A model generated the notes under the pieces. That model did not search any database, had not been told where the DNA came from, and saw only the letters and a program-made list of their open reading frames with translations. A stretch of DNA of 53,254 nucleotides from a virus (taxonomy: Duplodnaviria; Caudoviricetes), in the IMG/VR virus record IMGVR_UViG_3300010052_000163, positions 1 through 53,254 of that record; one strand, written 5' to 3'. This document shows, piece after piece, positions 36,488 through 44,851 of this stretch (positions are counted from its first letter, which is position 1; every line of letters starts with the position of its first letter). The translations under genes and the position numbers were made by a program.

Positions 36488-37599
36488 TGGATCACCGTGA
36501 CAGTCTTTGCGGCACGAGTGACGGCGGTATAAAGCCAGTTCGACCGGGCATCGCGAAACGCGCCGCTTTCATCGAAAACGATCACGTCATCCCACTCGCT
36601 GCCCTGCGATTTGTGACAGGTGATCGCCCAGCCGAACGTAAATTCGTCGTATTTCTGGCGTTCGCGCCATTCGATCTTATGCTCGGCACCAACGAAGAAT
36701 TCCTCAGCAACCTCGACGGTCAAAGGGTCGCGGTCCTCGTCGAGCGATGTGACCTCGATCGACAGGCATCCGAATTTGTCGGCCACGCTGTCGGCCATCC
36801 ACATGCCGCCGTTGAAGATGCCTTTTGCCTTTTTGTTTCGGAGGCAGATCAGCTTATCGCCGACGGTCGGGTGGTAGTCCTCGGCATCGCCAGCCAATTC
36901 TTTGAGAGCGCGAATGCGGCGATTATAGGCCACGCGCGTCCGGTTCATGCCGCACAGCAGTTGGTCGGCGCCTAGCACCAATTCACGAAGGCGCTCATGC
37001 CCTATGTCAGCGCGTGCGGTGACGAGGCTATCACCATAGGCGCCTGGGGTCAGGCGACCCTCTTCGCGAATTTCCATACTCATCCGCGTGATCGGGTTTT
37101 CTGCCGCCTGGCGATGCACCTCGGTCAACATGACATCGGGCGCCGAATTGATGAAGAAACCCTCGTCTTTGACCGGCGGCAACTGGGCAGGATCGCCAAG
37201 TACGAGGATGCGTTTGCCGAATGACAACAAGTCTTTCGCCAATTCGCCGCCGACCATCGACACCTCGTCGACGATCAGAAGCGCGGCGTCGCACAGGTCG
37301 CTTTCGTCATTGAGCGTGAACGTCGCCTCGCCAGTGCGCTCGTTGACGTCGACCTTGTAAATCAGCGAATGGATGGTCGATGCCTCGTCGCAGCCCTTTT
37401 TGCGCAGGACCAGCGCCGCCTTGCCGGTGAACGTGGCATAGAGCACCGACCCCTTGACCGACTGCGCCAGCTCCTTCGCGAGCGTCGTCTTACCCGTTCC
37501 GGCATATCCAAACAGACGAAACACCTGCTTTCCGGACTTATCGGCCAGCCATGCCTTAACGTCGGCAATGGCGCGTTCCTGTTGAGGTGACCAGCTCAC
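36484..37599 (-). CDS. RecD/Dda-like SF1 helicase
   Basis: GYAGTGKT, DEVSM, GDPAQLPPV, HRQ, TCHKSQGSEW, YTAVTRA. Confidence 0.92.
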   Translation of the reverse strand: MSWSPQQERAIADVKAWLADKSGKQVFRLFGYAGTGKTTLAKELAQSVKGSVLYATFTGKAALVLRKKGCDEASTIHSLIYKVDVNERTGEATFTLNDESDLCDAALLIVDEVSMVGGELAKDLLSFGKRILVLGDPAQLPPVKDEGFFINSAPDVMLTEVHRQAAENPITRMSMEIREEGRLTPGAYGDSLVTARADIGHERLRELVLGADQLLCGMNRTRVAYNRRIRALKELAGDAEDYHPTVGDKLICLRNKKAKGIFNGGMWMADSVADKFGCLSIEVTSLDEDRDPLTVEVAEEFFVGAEHKIEWRERQKYDEFTFGWAITCHKSQGSEWDDVIVFDESGAFRDARSNWLYTAVTRAAKTVTVIQ

Positions 37600-39209
37600 G
37601 CCGCCATCCCCACATCAGAACCAATCTCTCGCAACACCGCCCCGGTGAAAATCTCGGGATGCTCGCGCTCGATCCATTGAAACACCGACGGCTTCTCGGC
37701 GCGGATCCACATCAGGCAGGCAACGGCGCCCTTCGACGCCGCGGGCATCCCTTCCTTGCGATAGGCCTTTACCTGCATCGGGGTGATGCCGAGCGAATTG
37801 GCGAAGCGTTCGGCTTCCTCGCGACCTTGCACGACATGCCGCGCCCATGCCTCGGGATTGCGCTGACCGCGCTGGCGACCGATCGCGATCAGGTCGTCGA
37901 TCGACTGCGCCCTGCCCTGTTCGAGTTTTTTCGCCTGTGACTCAGCCCGACGCAAAGCCGCAACGTCGATTTCCTGCAACTCGCCCTCGACCTGTTCTAT
38001 CTCGCGAACGGGCGCGACATAGACATGGCCGCAGTTCGGGCACGAGGGCACGGGACGGAACACGGCAAAGCATTCAGGGCAGGTGCGGATGGTGACTTCG
38101 GACTTTTCGCCGGACTTGCGCTTGGGGCGATCGTCGAGCGACCATTCGCGGTCGTCGTCTGGGAAGCCGTGACCCTGGCCATTGAGTTCGCGCGGCAAAC
38201 TGTTGCCCGCGTGGTCGAGGATGATCGCATAATCCTTGCCCGGGGCAGGACGAAGGGCGCGGCCGACCTGCTGCAGATAGAGAGACAAGGATTTCGTCGG
38301 CCTGAGAAGAATGACGGCCTCGATCGCGGGAACGTCAAAACCCTCGCCGAACAACTCACAATTGGACAGCACCAGCGTCTCGCCGTCGATAAACCGCTGG
38401 ATCGCAGCATCCCGGCTTGCTGTGTCCATAGTGCCGTCGACATGCTCGGCGCGGATGCCCTCGAAGTTGAACTGCTCGACGATGTGGAGCGAGTGTTGAA
38501 TATTGACCGCGAAGGCGACTGCGCGTTTGCCGGGGCACAGTTTTTTATAGTGCTCGACGGCATTGCCCACGATCGACGGCTTGTCCATCACGTCGGCCAG
38601 ATCGCCGCGCTTGAGGTCGCCGCCGATGGTGCCTATCTGCGAAACGTCGGGAACATGCGGCGCGAACAGACGATACGGCGCCAATGCCCCGCGCTCGATC
38701 AGCAGCGCCACCGTCGGCCCCATGACGAGGTTCGCGAACCACTGGCGCAGACCTCGACCGTCGAGGCGGGCAGGCGTCGCCGTCATCCCTACCTTCTTAG
38801 CCTTGGGGAATCGGTCAAAAACCTGCTGATATTGCCCCGACGCCATATGATGCGCCTCGTCGAAGAAAATCATGTCGGGAGGCGTCAGTTTGTCCAGCCG
38901 GCGCACGATCGTCTGGATAGAGCCGATCTGGACACGCTTGGCCGGGTCGGTGCAATTCCCGCCGGCGATGATGCCGTGCGTGATGCCAAGGCTGGCAAAT
39001 GTCTTGGACGCCTGCGCTATGATCTCGCGGCGATGGACGAGCCACCAGCAGACGAGGCCCTTGTCGCTCGACCGCTGGACCATGAAAGCGCTCGTAATCG
39101 TCTTGCCGCCGCCGGTGGGCAGCTGGATAAGCACCGTGTCCTCGCCGCTGCGGAACACTTGGCGGCAACCCTCGATCAGGGTTTCTTGGTAGTCGCGGAG
39201 GCGGATCAT
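37596..39209 (-). CDS. DEAH-box SF2 helicase with Zn-finger
   Basis: LRDYQ, PTGGGKT, DEAHH, TATP, EGFDVP, QQVGRALR, CPEC...CPNCG. Confidence 0.93.
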   Translation of the reverse strand: MIRLRDYQETLIEGCRQVFRSGEDTVLIQLPTGGGKTITSAFMVQRSSDKGLVCWWLVHRREIIAQASKTFASLGITHGIIAGGNCTDPAKRVQIGSIQTIVRRLDKLTPPDMIFFDEAHHMASGQYQQVFDRFPKAKKVGMTATPARLDGRGLRQWFANLVMGPTVALLIERGALAPYRLFAPHVPDVSQIGTIGGDLKRGDLADVMDKPSIVGNAVEHYKKLCPGKRAVAFAVNIQHSLHIVEQFNFEGIRAEHVDGTMDTASRDAAIQRFIDGETLVLSNCELFGEGFDVPAIEAVILLRPTKSLSLYLQQVGRALRPAPGKDYAIILDHAGNSLPRELNGQGHGFPDDDREWSLDDRPKRKSGEKSEVTIRTCPECFAVFRPVPSCPNCGHVYVAPVREIEQVEGELQEIDVAALRRAESQAKKLEQGRAQSIDDLIAIGRQRGQRNPEAWARHVVQGREEAERFANSLGITPMQVKAYRKEGMPAASKGAVACLMWIRAEKPSVFQWIEREHPEIFTGAVLREIGSDVGMAA

Positions 39210-39370
39210 CGCCCCGCCCTCGCCAACCCATTCGCGCGCGCGATACCGGCCACCGTCGTTGCCGAACGTGAAAGGGCACGGGCTACGCGGGCGTAAGATG
39301 TCCTCGGCCGTGCTGCGAGATAGGCGACGATCTCGTCGCGCTCGCGAGGTTTGATGCGGTCGGTGATCAC
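39206..39370 (-). CDS. Small HTH-like protein (54 aa)
   Basis: SYARVARALSRSATTVAGIA; coupled on both sides. Confidence 0.55.
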   Translation of the reverse strand: MITDRIKPRERDEIVAYLAARPRTSYARVARALSRSATTVAGIARANGLARAGR

Positions 39371-39597
39371 GCGGCCTGCCACCCAAAAGGCTTGGCGATG
39401 GCCTGCCTGAAGCGGGAGATGCAGCTATTCTTCGTGCGCCCGAGAAGATCGGCGGCGCGCTGGAACGAATTGCCGTCTGCGATCATGTCCGCGAGACCAT
39501 CGGTCTCAGCATCTGTCCACGCGCGCGAGACGCATTGGTGGCATCGTCCAGACGAGTTGTGCTCGCCGAGTGGGCCTTTGCAGTCACGGCAGGTCAC
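39367..39597 (-). CDS. GcrA-N-like HTH protein with Cys4 N-terminus
   Basis: CRDC...CHQC then WTDAETDGLADMIADGNSFQRAADLLGRTKNSCISRF. Confidence 0.65.
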   Translation of the reverse strand: MTCRDCKGPLGEHNSSGRCHQCVSRAWTDAETDGLADMIADGNSFQRAADLLGRTKNSCISRFRQAIAKPFGWQAA

Positions 39598-40076
39598 GCC
39601 GCCATCCCCATCCGCTCAGCCCGAGCGATCAGCGAATTGACCAGCCGCTGCGTCGCCTTCAAATCAGGGATCATATCAGCCAGCTCGCGGTGCGTTATCG
39701 CGGCCCCGCCATCGCTTGCATCATCGGTGGCTACCGACAACTTGTGCAGCGATCCGGTCACCGCAGTCAGCGAAACGCGGCCATCCGACGCATCCTTTGG
39801 GACATTGCGGCCGCCGAAACATGCGGACCAGGGATCGAGGCATTCGGGACCGAAGCGCGCACCGAGTTTGGCGATCGTCTCTTGATTGAGGTCGGTGCGT
39901 TCGTTGCGGACGTTGCGGATCGTGCCGTCGCTGACCCCGATACGATCTGCCAGCGCCTCGTCGGTCAGGCCGTGCTCAGCCTGAACGGACCTGATAATCT
40001 GTGCCAAAGCCTTCCGAAGCTCATTTCGGGTTGGCAGGGGCAAAGGAAGCAAGCCATTGCTGTTGGTCGAGTCCAT
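39594..40076 (-). CDS. CII-like XRE HTH regulator
   Basis: GLTDEALADRIGVSDGTIRN; C-terminal SDGGAAITHREL; downstream of cro. Confidence 0.72.
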   Translation of the reverse strand: MDSTNSNGLLPLPLPTRNELRKALAQIIRSVQAEHGLTDEALADRIGVSDGTIRNVRNERTDLNQETIAKLGARFGPECLDPWSACFGGRNVPKDASDGRVSLTAVTGSLHKLSVATDDASDGGAAITHRELADMIPDLKATQRLVNSLIARAERMGMAA

Positions 40077-40234
40077 TACACAATCCCATGATCAAAGGAA
40101 AAAACAGCGCCGGGGACGAAATTCGCGGGAGCAGTGATGTCCCCCAGTCGGCCCGCGTTGACGCAAAGCGCATCACGTCCATTGCAGCCGCCGGCGCGGT
40201 CGGCTGTGAGAGTACCGGTGGGGGTGTTCGGGAT

Positions 40235-40267
40235 AAAAGGCCGGGAGACGGGTTGGCGTCCCCCGGC
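40235..40267 (-). terminator. tR1-like terminator after cro
   Basis: GCCGGGGGACG-CCAACC-CGTCTCCCGGC-CTTTT. Confidence 0.65.
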
Positions 40268-40296
40268 GAGTTGCGCCCAGTGGGGAGCGTTCGGAG

Positions 40297-40518
40297 TCAT
40301 GCTGCGCTCGCTTGGTCGGCAGGCACATATTCGGCCATGAACTGGCGAATTCGTTGTTCTGTGTCGCCCCACAGCCGTCGTGGGCGGGCACGATCTTGAC
40401 CGCGCAGTTCCTTGATCAACCTCCAATCGCCAGCCGCTCTCCGACCGAATGTGCTTTCGGCCATGTCATGCTGCTGGATGAACGCGTCGATCTCGCTAAG
40501 GATAGGGTGCTGTTCCAT
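40297..40518 (-). CDS. Cro-like protein
   Basis: ILSEIDAFI..HDMAESTFGRRAAGDWRLIKELR; divergent from repressor. Confidence 0.78.
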   Translation of the reverse strand: MEQHPILSEIDAFIQQHDMAESTFGRRAAGDWRLIKELRGQDRARPRRLWGDTEQRIRQFMAEYVPADQASAA

Positions 40519-40525
40519 GAGCGCG

Positions 40526-40600
40526 ATATATTGCGTGTAATTACCCGCACGTCAAGCGGATATGCGGGTCTCTACACGATATTGCGGGAAAATACCCGCG
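40526..40600. promoter_or_regulatory. OR-like region: three operators plus cro promoter
   Basis: 18-bp near-palindromes (consensus TGCGGGTAATTACCCGCA) at 40532, 40563, 40583; minus-strand TTGACG at 40550-40555. Confidence 0.8.
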
Positions 40601-40617
40601 CGCTGATAAGCGCGTTC

Positions 40618-41076
40618 ATGGACGGCGCTCCCACGATCGACATGGAAAAGCTAAGGGCCGACATGGCTGAGAAGGTCGAGCGCAGCTCGGCTCGCAAGTT
40701 CTCTCTTGCTGCGACAGGTGGGAGCAATCCCGATTTTTATCGCAATTTCCTGAACAATGGTCAGGACAAGAGATTATCCGCTGACGTGTTCGTCGGCATC
40801 GTTGCCGCCTTGGGGCGCGACCCCGTGGAATATATAAAAGGCGCAGACGTCGCTATGCGACTGCCTAGTGCAGCCGTGCTGACCAATGCGATTGCTGCGC
40901 TGCTAGAGACTGTCGGGATTGATCCTTTTGAGGACGAACGCGCGCAAAAGCTTGCGAGGCGCTTTCCAGATGCCCTTCGACAAGTCGCAGCTCTTCACGA
41001 AGGCCTGGCAGAGGATTCCGGCTTGTCTCGCGCAGAAGCCGCTCCTGATCCCGGCGGAGCTCAACCAGCAGCATGA
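40618..41076 (+). CDS. CI-like repressor without S24 peptidase domain
   Basis: N-terminal HTH-like SARKFSLAATGG.NPDFYRNFL...IVAALG; divergent from cro across operators; only 152 aa. Confidence 0.7.
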   Translation: MDGAPTIDMEKLRADMAEKVERSSARKFSLAATGGSNPDFYRNFLNNGQDKRLSADVFVGIVAALGRDPVEYIKGADVAMRLPSAAVLTNAIAALLETVGIDPFEDERAQKLARRFPDALRQVAALHEGLAEDSGLSRAEAAPDPGGAQPAA

Positions 41077-41155
41077 CTACACCAGCGCAATGCAGTGAGC
41101 ATTCGTCGCATTCCTGTGGGCAGGCAGGCTCAGATAGAATTATATTTTGTCCCAT
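40865..41155 (-). CDS. Candidate SOS-inducible antirepressor overlapping cI antisense
   Basis: CPQECDECSLHC motif plus helical tail; promoter and LexA-like box directly upstream. Confidence 0.5.
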   Translation of the reverse strand: MGQNIILSEPACPQECDECSLHCAGVVMLLVELRRDQERLLRETSRNPLPGLREELRLVEGHLESASQAFARVRPQKDQSRQSLAAQQSHWSARLH

Positions 41156-41174
41156 AGCCAAGGCAGCAACCTTT

Positions 41175-41216
41175 GTTCCGTGTTTGTACTTATACGTCTA
41201 GGAAATTTCCTAGCAA
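41175..41216 (-). promoter_or_regulatory. Sigma70-like promoter with LexA-like box
   Basis: TTGCTA-N16-TATAAG (minus); GTTC-N7-GTAC at 41175-41189; perfect palindrome CTAGGAAATTTCCTAG at 41198-41213. Confidence 0.55.
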
Positions 41217-41451
41217 TAGGAACAAGGATCATGGCTGTGGAAAACTTTCTAAGACGTTGAATATAAGTTCCTATTTCGCATTTTTTAACGATAGCCAATG
41301 CGATTTGACGCAGATTTCCTATTTATACGGGTTGACGTATAAGGCGGTCGGGGTTTGCGCGCGATTGCGGCAGATAGGACGGCGCGCCCAAGCGTGCCGG
41401 GCCAGAATCGCTTATCTTGCACCCGATCGACGATCGAGGTAGAATAGGCGA

Positions 41452-41571
41452 ATGAAACGGATACTCTTATTTTTGAAGGCGATCTTCGAAACGAAGAAGA
41501 TTTGCGATCGAGAAGATTGCTGCGACGCTTCGCTTTGCGAAGACTGCTACTGGAATTATGCGATCAAGTGA
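41452..41571 (+). CDS. Small Cys-rich peptide (39 aa)
   Basis: MKRILLFLKAIFETKKICDREDCCDASLCEDCYWNYAIK; GAGG upstream. Confidence 0.35.
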   Translation: MKRILLFLKAIFETKKICDREDCCDASLCEDCYWNYAIK

Positions 41572-41588
41572 TCGGCAGCGAATCCAGG

Positions 41589-43382
41589 TCACTTTCGGCT
41601 AAAGTCCTTTTCGAATTTTTCTCGCAGCATCCTGGCGCCAGACAGCGTTAGGTGCCCGTCATCGAAATATGCTGGCGCCCCCGTCGGATCTTGAATCCGG
41701 CATTTAGGGGTGCATATCGAAGGCGCGGCTTGGATTATCCTAATGCCATCCCTTTCCAGAGCAGCCAATTTCTGGCCGTTGCGATCGCCGTAATCCCAGA
41801 GATTTTGCGAAGGTTCGGCTGGGATGCCTTTGTGCCGAAGGTAGAGCGTCAGAAGCACGTTATTCCGGTATACTGGAACGGGGGCAATCAGGATCGTCTC
41901 GATCCCCAAGGCCTCCAATGCGCGGCTAGCCTCAATAATTTTCGACGCATCTAGGTTGCTCGGGGCATAGTGGAAATACACCCTTTCCGGTTTGCGCCTT
42001 CTGGCTTGTTCAACTAGCCAGGCGATGTCGAATTTGCCGCCTATAAGGGGCGCGTTATCCACCGAGAAGTAAGTCCTGAATCCGGCCTTCCCTGCGACAT
42101 CGGCGAAGGTCGTCTTGATTGCGTCGGAGTGGCTGTCACCGATCAGGAATATTGTTCGCCTGCCCTCGCTCACCGCGCAAAGACTTTCTTGCGGCGCGAT
42201 GATACGAACCAGCTTCCCGCAACGATAGACGGCGCGATCGGTGTAGCCTCTGAATATCTGCTGATCGGCGGGGGAGAAGCGTTTCATCTGGATTGGCGCG
42301 GACGCGAATCCAACGACAAGCAGGACACTAGCAGCCACCACGCTTCGACGGACGGTAAACATCTTCGGCCCCGGCTTTTCGAAAGCCCGGTAAAGTAGGA
42401 TAGTGAAAGCTGCGATCAGGAGGGCCGCGACAACAAATTGAGGTGGCGTCCGCGGTGCGTTGACCGTGCCACCGAACGGCACATAGAGGAGCAGGACAAG
42501 CGCCGGCCAATGCGCGAGATAGAGCGAGTAGGAGATGTTGCCGAGCCGCTGAGCGGCCAACCCTATGCGCGACGCCACCAAGATAGGGCTAAGAGGGTTC
42601 GCGAGCGCCAAGGCCGCGCCTATTGAGATGGCCACAGCGGCAAGACCGGGGTGGCCCCATATCAGATCCGATTGGTCGACAGAAAGCGGCACGAACGGGA
42701 TCGCGATCATGGCCACCAGCCCCGCGAGACCAATCCGGCTATCTGTCTTGCCAGTCCAGTTTGCCGCCATCATGCCCAAGCCGAACTGCCACAATCGAGC
42801 TGGCATCATAAAGAAAGCGGTTTTTGGGCTGACCATCATAAGGGCGAAGCACAGCCCGAGCGAGCCGATGATAACGAGCCAAAGCAGCCAGCTTCTCCCC
42901 CGGCAGGCCCACGCGATCAATGGGAACAGCAGATAGAATTGGATTTCTGCGCCTAGCGACCAGAGGTGCAGCAGCGGGTTGAACTGTTCCTTGGCGAAAT
43001 ATGAGTTTTGCGCCCAGAAGCCGAAATTCGATGCGAAGAATGATGCGAATAATGCCTGCTCTGAGACCTGCCCGAACTCGATCGGCAGCGTTATAAAAGC
43101 TGCGGCTAGAACTGTCGCAAACACTGTCGCGAAATATGCTGGCAGCAGCCGGCGCGCCCTTCGAGTGTAGAATGATGTCGCGGTTGACCCTGCCGGATGC
43201 AGTTTCTGCATCAGGAAGCCGCTCACCACAAAAAAGATGTCGACGCCGAGAAAGCCCGACTGAAATCCGGGAACCCCCATGTGAAACAACACCACGACGG
43301 CAACCGCCACGGCCCGAAATATCTGAATGTCGCCCCTGTATTGCACCATCATTGGCCTATCGAGTGCTGCCTCAGCCATCAA
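41589..43382 (-). CDS. Acyltransferase-3 + SGNH O-acetyltransferase (OafA/OafB/OatA-like architecture)
   Basis: RAVAV..VVLFH, GVDIFFVVSGFL, RRARRLLP, HLWSLGAEIQFY, SYSLYLAHWP; IGDSH and DDGHL. Confidence 0.92.
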   Translation of the reverse strand: MMAEAALDRPMMVQYRGDIQIFRAVAVAVVVLFHMGVPGFQSGFLGVDIFFVVSGFLMQKLHPAGSTATSFYTRRARRLLPAYFATVFATVLAAAFITLPIEFGQVSEQALFASFFASNFGFWAQNSYFAKEQFNPLLHLWSLGAEIQFYLLFPLIAWACRGRSWLLWLVIIGSLGLCFALMMVSPKTAFFMMPARLWQFGLGMMAANWTGKTDSRIGLAGLVAMIAIPFVPLSVDQSDLIWGHPGLAAVAISIGAALALANPLSPILVASRIGLAAQRLGNISYSLYLAHWPALVLLLYVPFGGTVNAPRTPPQFVVAALLIAAFTILLYRAFEKPGPKMFTVRRSVVAASVLLVVGFASAPIQMKRFSPADQQIFRGYTDRAVYRCGKLVRIIAPQESLCAVSEGRRTIFLIGDSHSDAIKTTFADVAGKAGFRTYFSVDNAPLIGGKFDIAWLVEQARRRKPERVYFHYAPSNLDASKIIEASRALEALGIETILIAPVPVYRNNVLLTLYLRHKGIPAEPSQNLWDYGDRNGQKLAALERDGIRIIQAAPSICTPKCRIQDPTGAPAYFDDGHLTLSGARMLREKFEKDFSRK

Positions 43383-43430
43383 GCATGAAAGCCGATAACC
43401 ACAACCGGCGCCAAGGCATATTTTGAGCCT

Positions 43431-43486
43431 TGCGGGAACTTACCCGCATTTTATGCTTGACGCGTGTAATTACCCGCATCTATAAC
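43431..43486 (+). promoter_or_regulatory. PL/OL-like promoter with two operators
   Basis: Operators at 43431-43448 and 43461-43478; TTGACG at 43457, TATAAC at 43481. Confidence 0.82.
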
Positions 43487-43536
43487 ACCTCCATCACCCG
43501 CCGACCTCCCAACCGGGACGCGAGACGCGGGCAAAG

Positions 43537-43821
43537 ATGGAGACGACAGTGGCCCTTCACGACCCCGCCCTCAAAAAGTCCTTCGACGACAACCGCCGCG
43601 CGATAGCGCTGGCGCATGTCCCCGAGAACGCGATCCGCAATTTCGAGGCGATGACGATAGGCGAGCGGCGGTTTGCCTTTTATCACGCCGAAGCGCAGGC
43701 GATGCGTCACGACGGACTTGCCGCGACCGACGAAGCGCTAGGCCGCGATCCCGAATATAACCGGCAGTGCGCCGCCAACCGCCGTGCCACCGCTGCGGCT
43801 TTGCAGGCGATTGGGCTGTGA
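43537..43821 (+). CDS. First early gene, hypothetical
   Basis: Directly after PL; true start may be the GTG a few codons downstream. Confidence 0.6.
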   Translation: METTVALHDPALKKSFDDNRRAIALAHVPENAIRNFEAMTIGERRFAFYHAEAQAMRHDGLAATDEALGRDPEYNRQCAANRRATAAALQAIGL

Positions 43822-44060
43822 GGGGCGCGACCGAAATCTACAAGTGTGCGCGCTGCGGCGATCCGTTTCGTGCCCGCACGGCCGACCGTAAGCGCGGCTG
43901 GGCACGCTTCTGCTCAAAGTCCTGCAAGGCAATCCGCCAGACCCAGCGGACGGGTTACGCCGGTCCTGATCGAGATGATTGGCACATGGCTGGCCTCGAA
44001 AACACGGAATCCGGGTGGGACGGCCACAAGGCTTGGGGTGCGGAAGGAAACAGCAAATGA
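43818..44060 (+). CDS. Small Zn-finger protein
   Basis: CARCG...RFCSKSC. Confidence 0.65.
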   Translation: MRGATEIYKCARCGDPFRARTADRKRGWARFCSKSCKAIRQTQRTGYAGPDRDDWHMAGLENTESGWDGHKAWGAEGNSK

Positions 44061-44143
44061 CCCGCGCTCTCAAGATCATCGCCGTGTTCGCGGTTTCGAT
44101 CCTGATCGCGCTGGTCGGCGCCCTCTTCACGGGGGGATTTTGA
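44057..44143 (+). CDS. Small TM peptide (28 aa)
   Basis: MTRALKIIAVFAVSILIALVGALFTGGF; AAGGA RBS; coupled. Confidence 0.5.
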   Translation: MTRALKIIAVFAVSILIALVGALFTGGF

Positions 44144-44313
44144 TGACCCTCGCCCTTCGCATAACCGAAGCCGAGGAAGCCATCGCCGACGATGCGCTCC
44201 TCGCCCTGTCCAAGCTGCGCGACATGCTCGTGCGCCGGGACGCCAACCTTTCTGCCTGCCTTGTCGATGACGCGATTGCGTCGGTCGAGGCGGCTTGTCG
44301 GGAGTCGAAATGA
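44143..44313 (+). CDS. Hypothetical protein
   Basis: TGATG coupling. Confidence 0.5.
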   Translation: MTLALRITEAEEAIADDALLALSKLRDMLVRRDANLSACLVDDAIASVEAACRESK

Positions 44314-44618
44314 TGGGCGATATTGCAGAAGCGATGCTTGACGGCACGATGTGTTGCCAGTGCGGCGACTTCATCGACACCGATAACGGTTTCGCGACGT
44401 TGTGTGCCAGTTGCAAACGCGAGGAGCGCCGCCAGCCGAGTGTCGGGCGTGGCAGCCGGTACACGGTCAAAGCCGCGCCGAAAATCCAGCAACTGGGCGA
44501 TGCAATTCGAAAGGGCGACACCATTGCCTGCCCGTTCTGCGTCAAGCGCGTCAAGATGGTCGGGTTCGGTCAGCATATGCTCGACCAACACGCAGACAAA
44601 TGGGGTGCGTCCAAATGA
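44310..44618 (+). CDS. Zn-finger protein
   Basis: MGDIAEAMLDG.CCQCG...CASC; CPFC...H....H. Confidence 0.65.
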   Translation: MMGDIAEAMLDGTMCCQCGDFIDTDNGFATLCASCKREERRQPSVGRGSRYTVKAAPKIQQLGDAIRKGDTIACPFCVKRVKMVGFGQHMLDQHADKWGASK

Positions 44619-44851
44619 TCGATACCCACGCCCACGCCCTCGAAGCCTTCAACCGCGCATCCTTCGATCCGCAGACGCCCGAAATCCTCCCGCCCGAGAC
44701 GTTGCAGGTCGATGCCGTTCGCGACGAACGCCCGACGCCCATGTCGATCCTCGCCAGCATTCCGGCGCGCGACTTTTTCGCGGCGGTCGGGATTGCCGTG
44801 ACGCTGTGGTTTGTTGCGGCTGGCTTTGCGGTGATCGGGGGTGGAATGTGA
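44615..44851 (+). CDS. Small protein with C-terminal TM
   Basis: Coupled; hydrophobic C-terminus. Confidence 0.55.
   Translation: MIDTHAHALEAFNRASFDPQTPEILPPETLQVDAVRDERPTPMSILASIPARDFFAAVGIAVTLWFVAAGFAVIGGGM

Noticed and set aside
38025-39296. 423-aa plus-strand ORF
   Set aside because: Antisense to a well-supported helicase gene.
40312-40617. N-terminal extension of cI (254-aa ORF call)
   Set aside because: It overlaps cro and the operators; ATG 40618 fits better.
41173-41442. 89-aa plus-strand ORF
   Set aside because: TTG start, no RBS, overlaps promoter elements, atypical composition.
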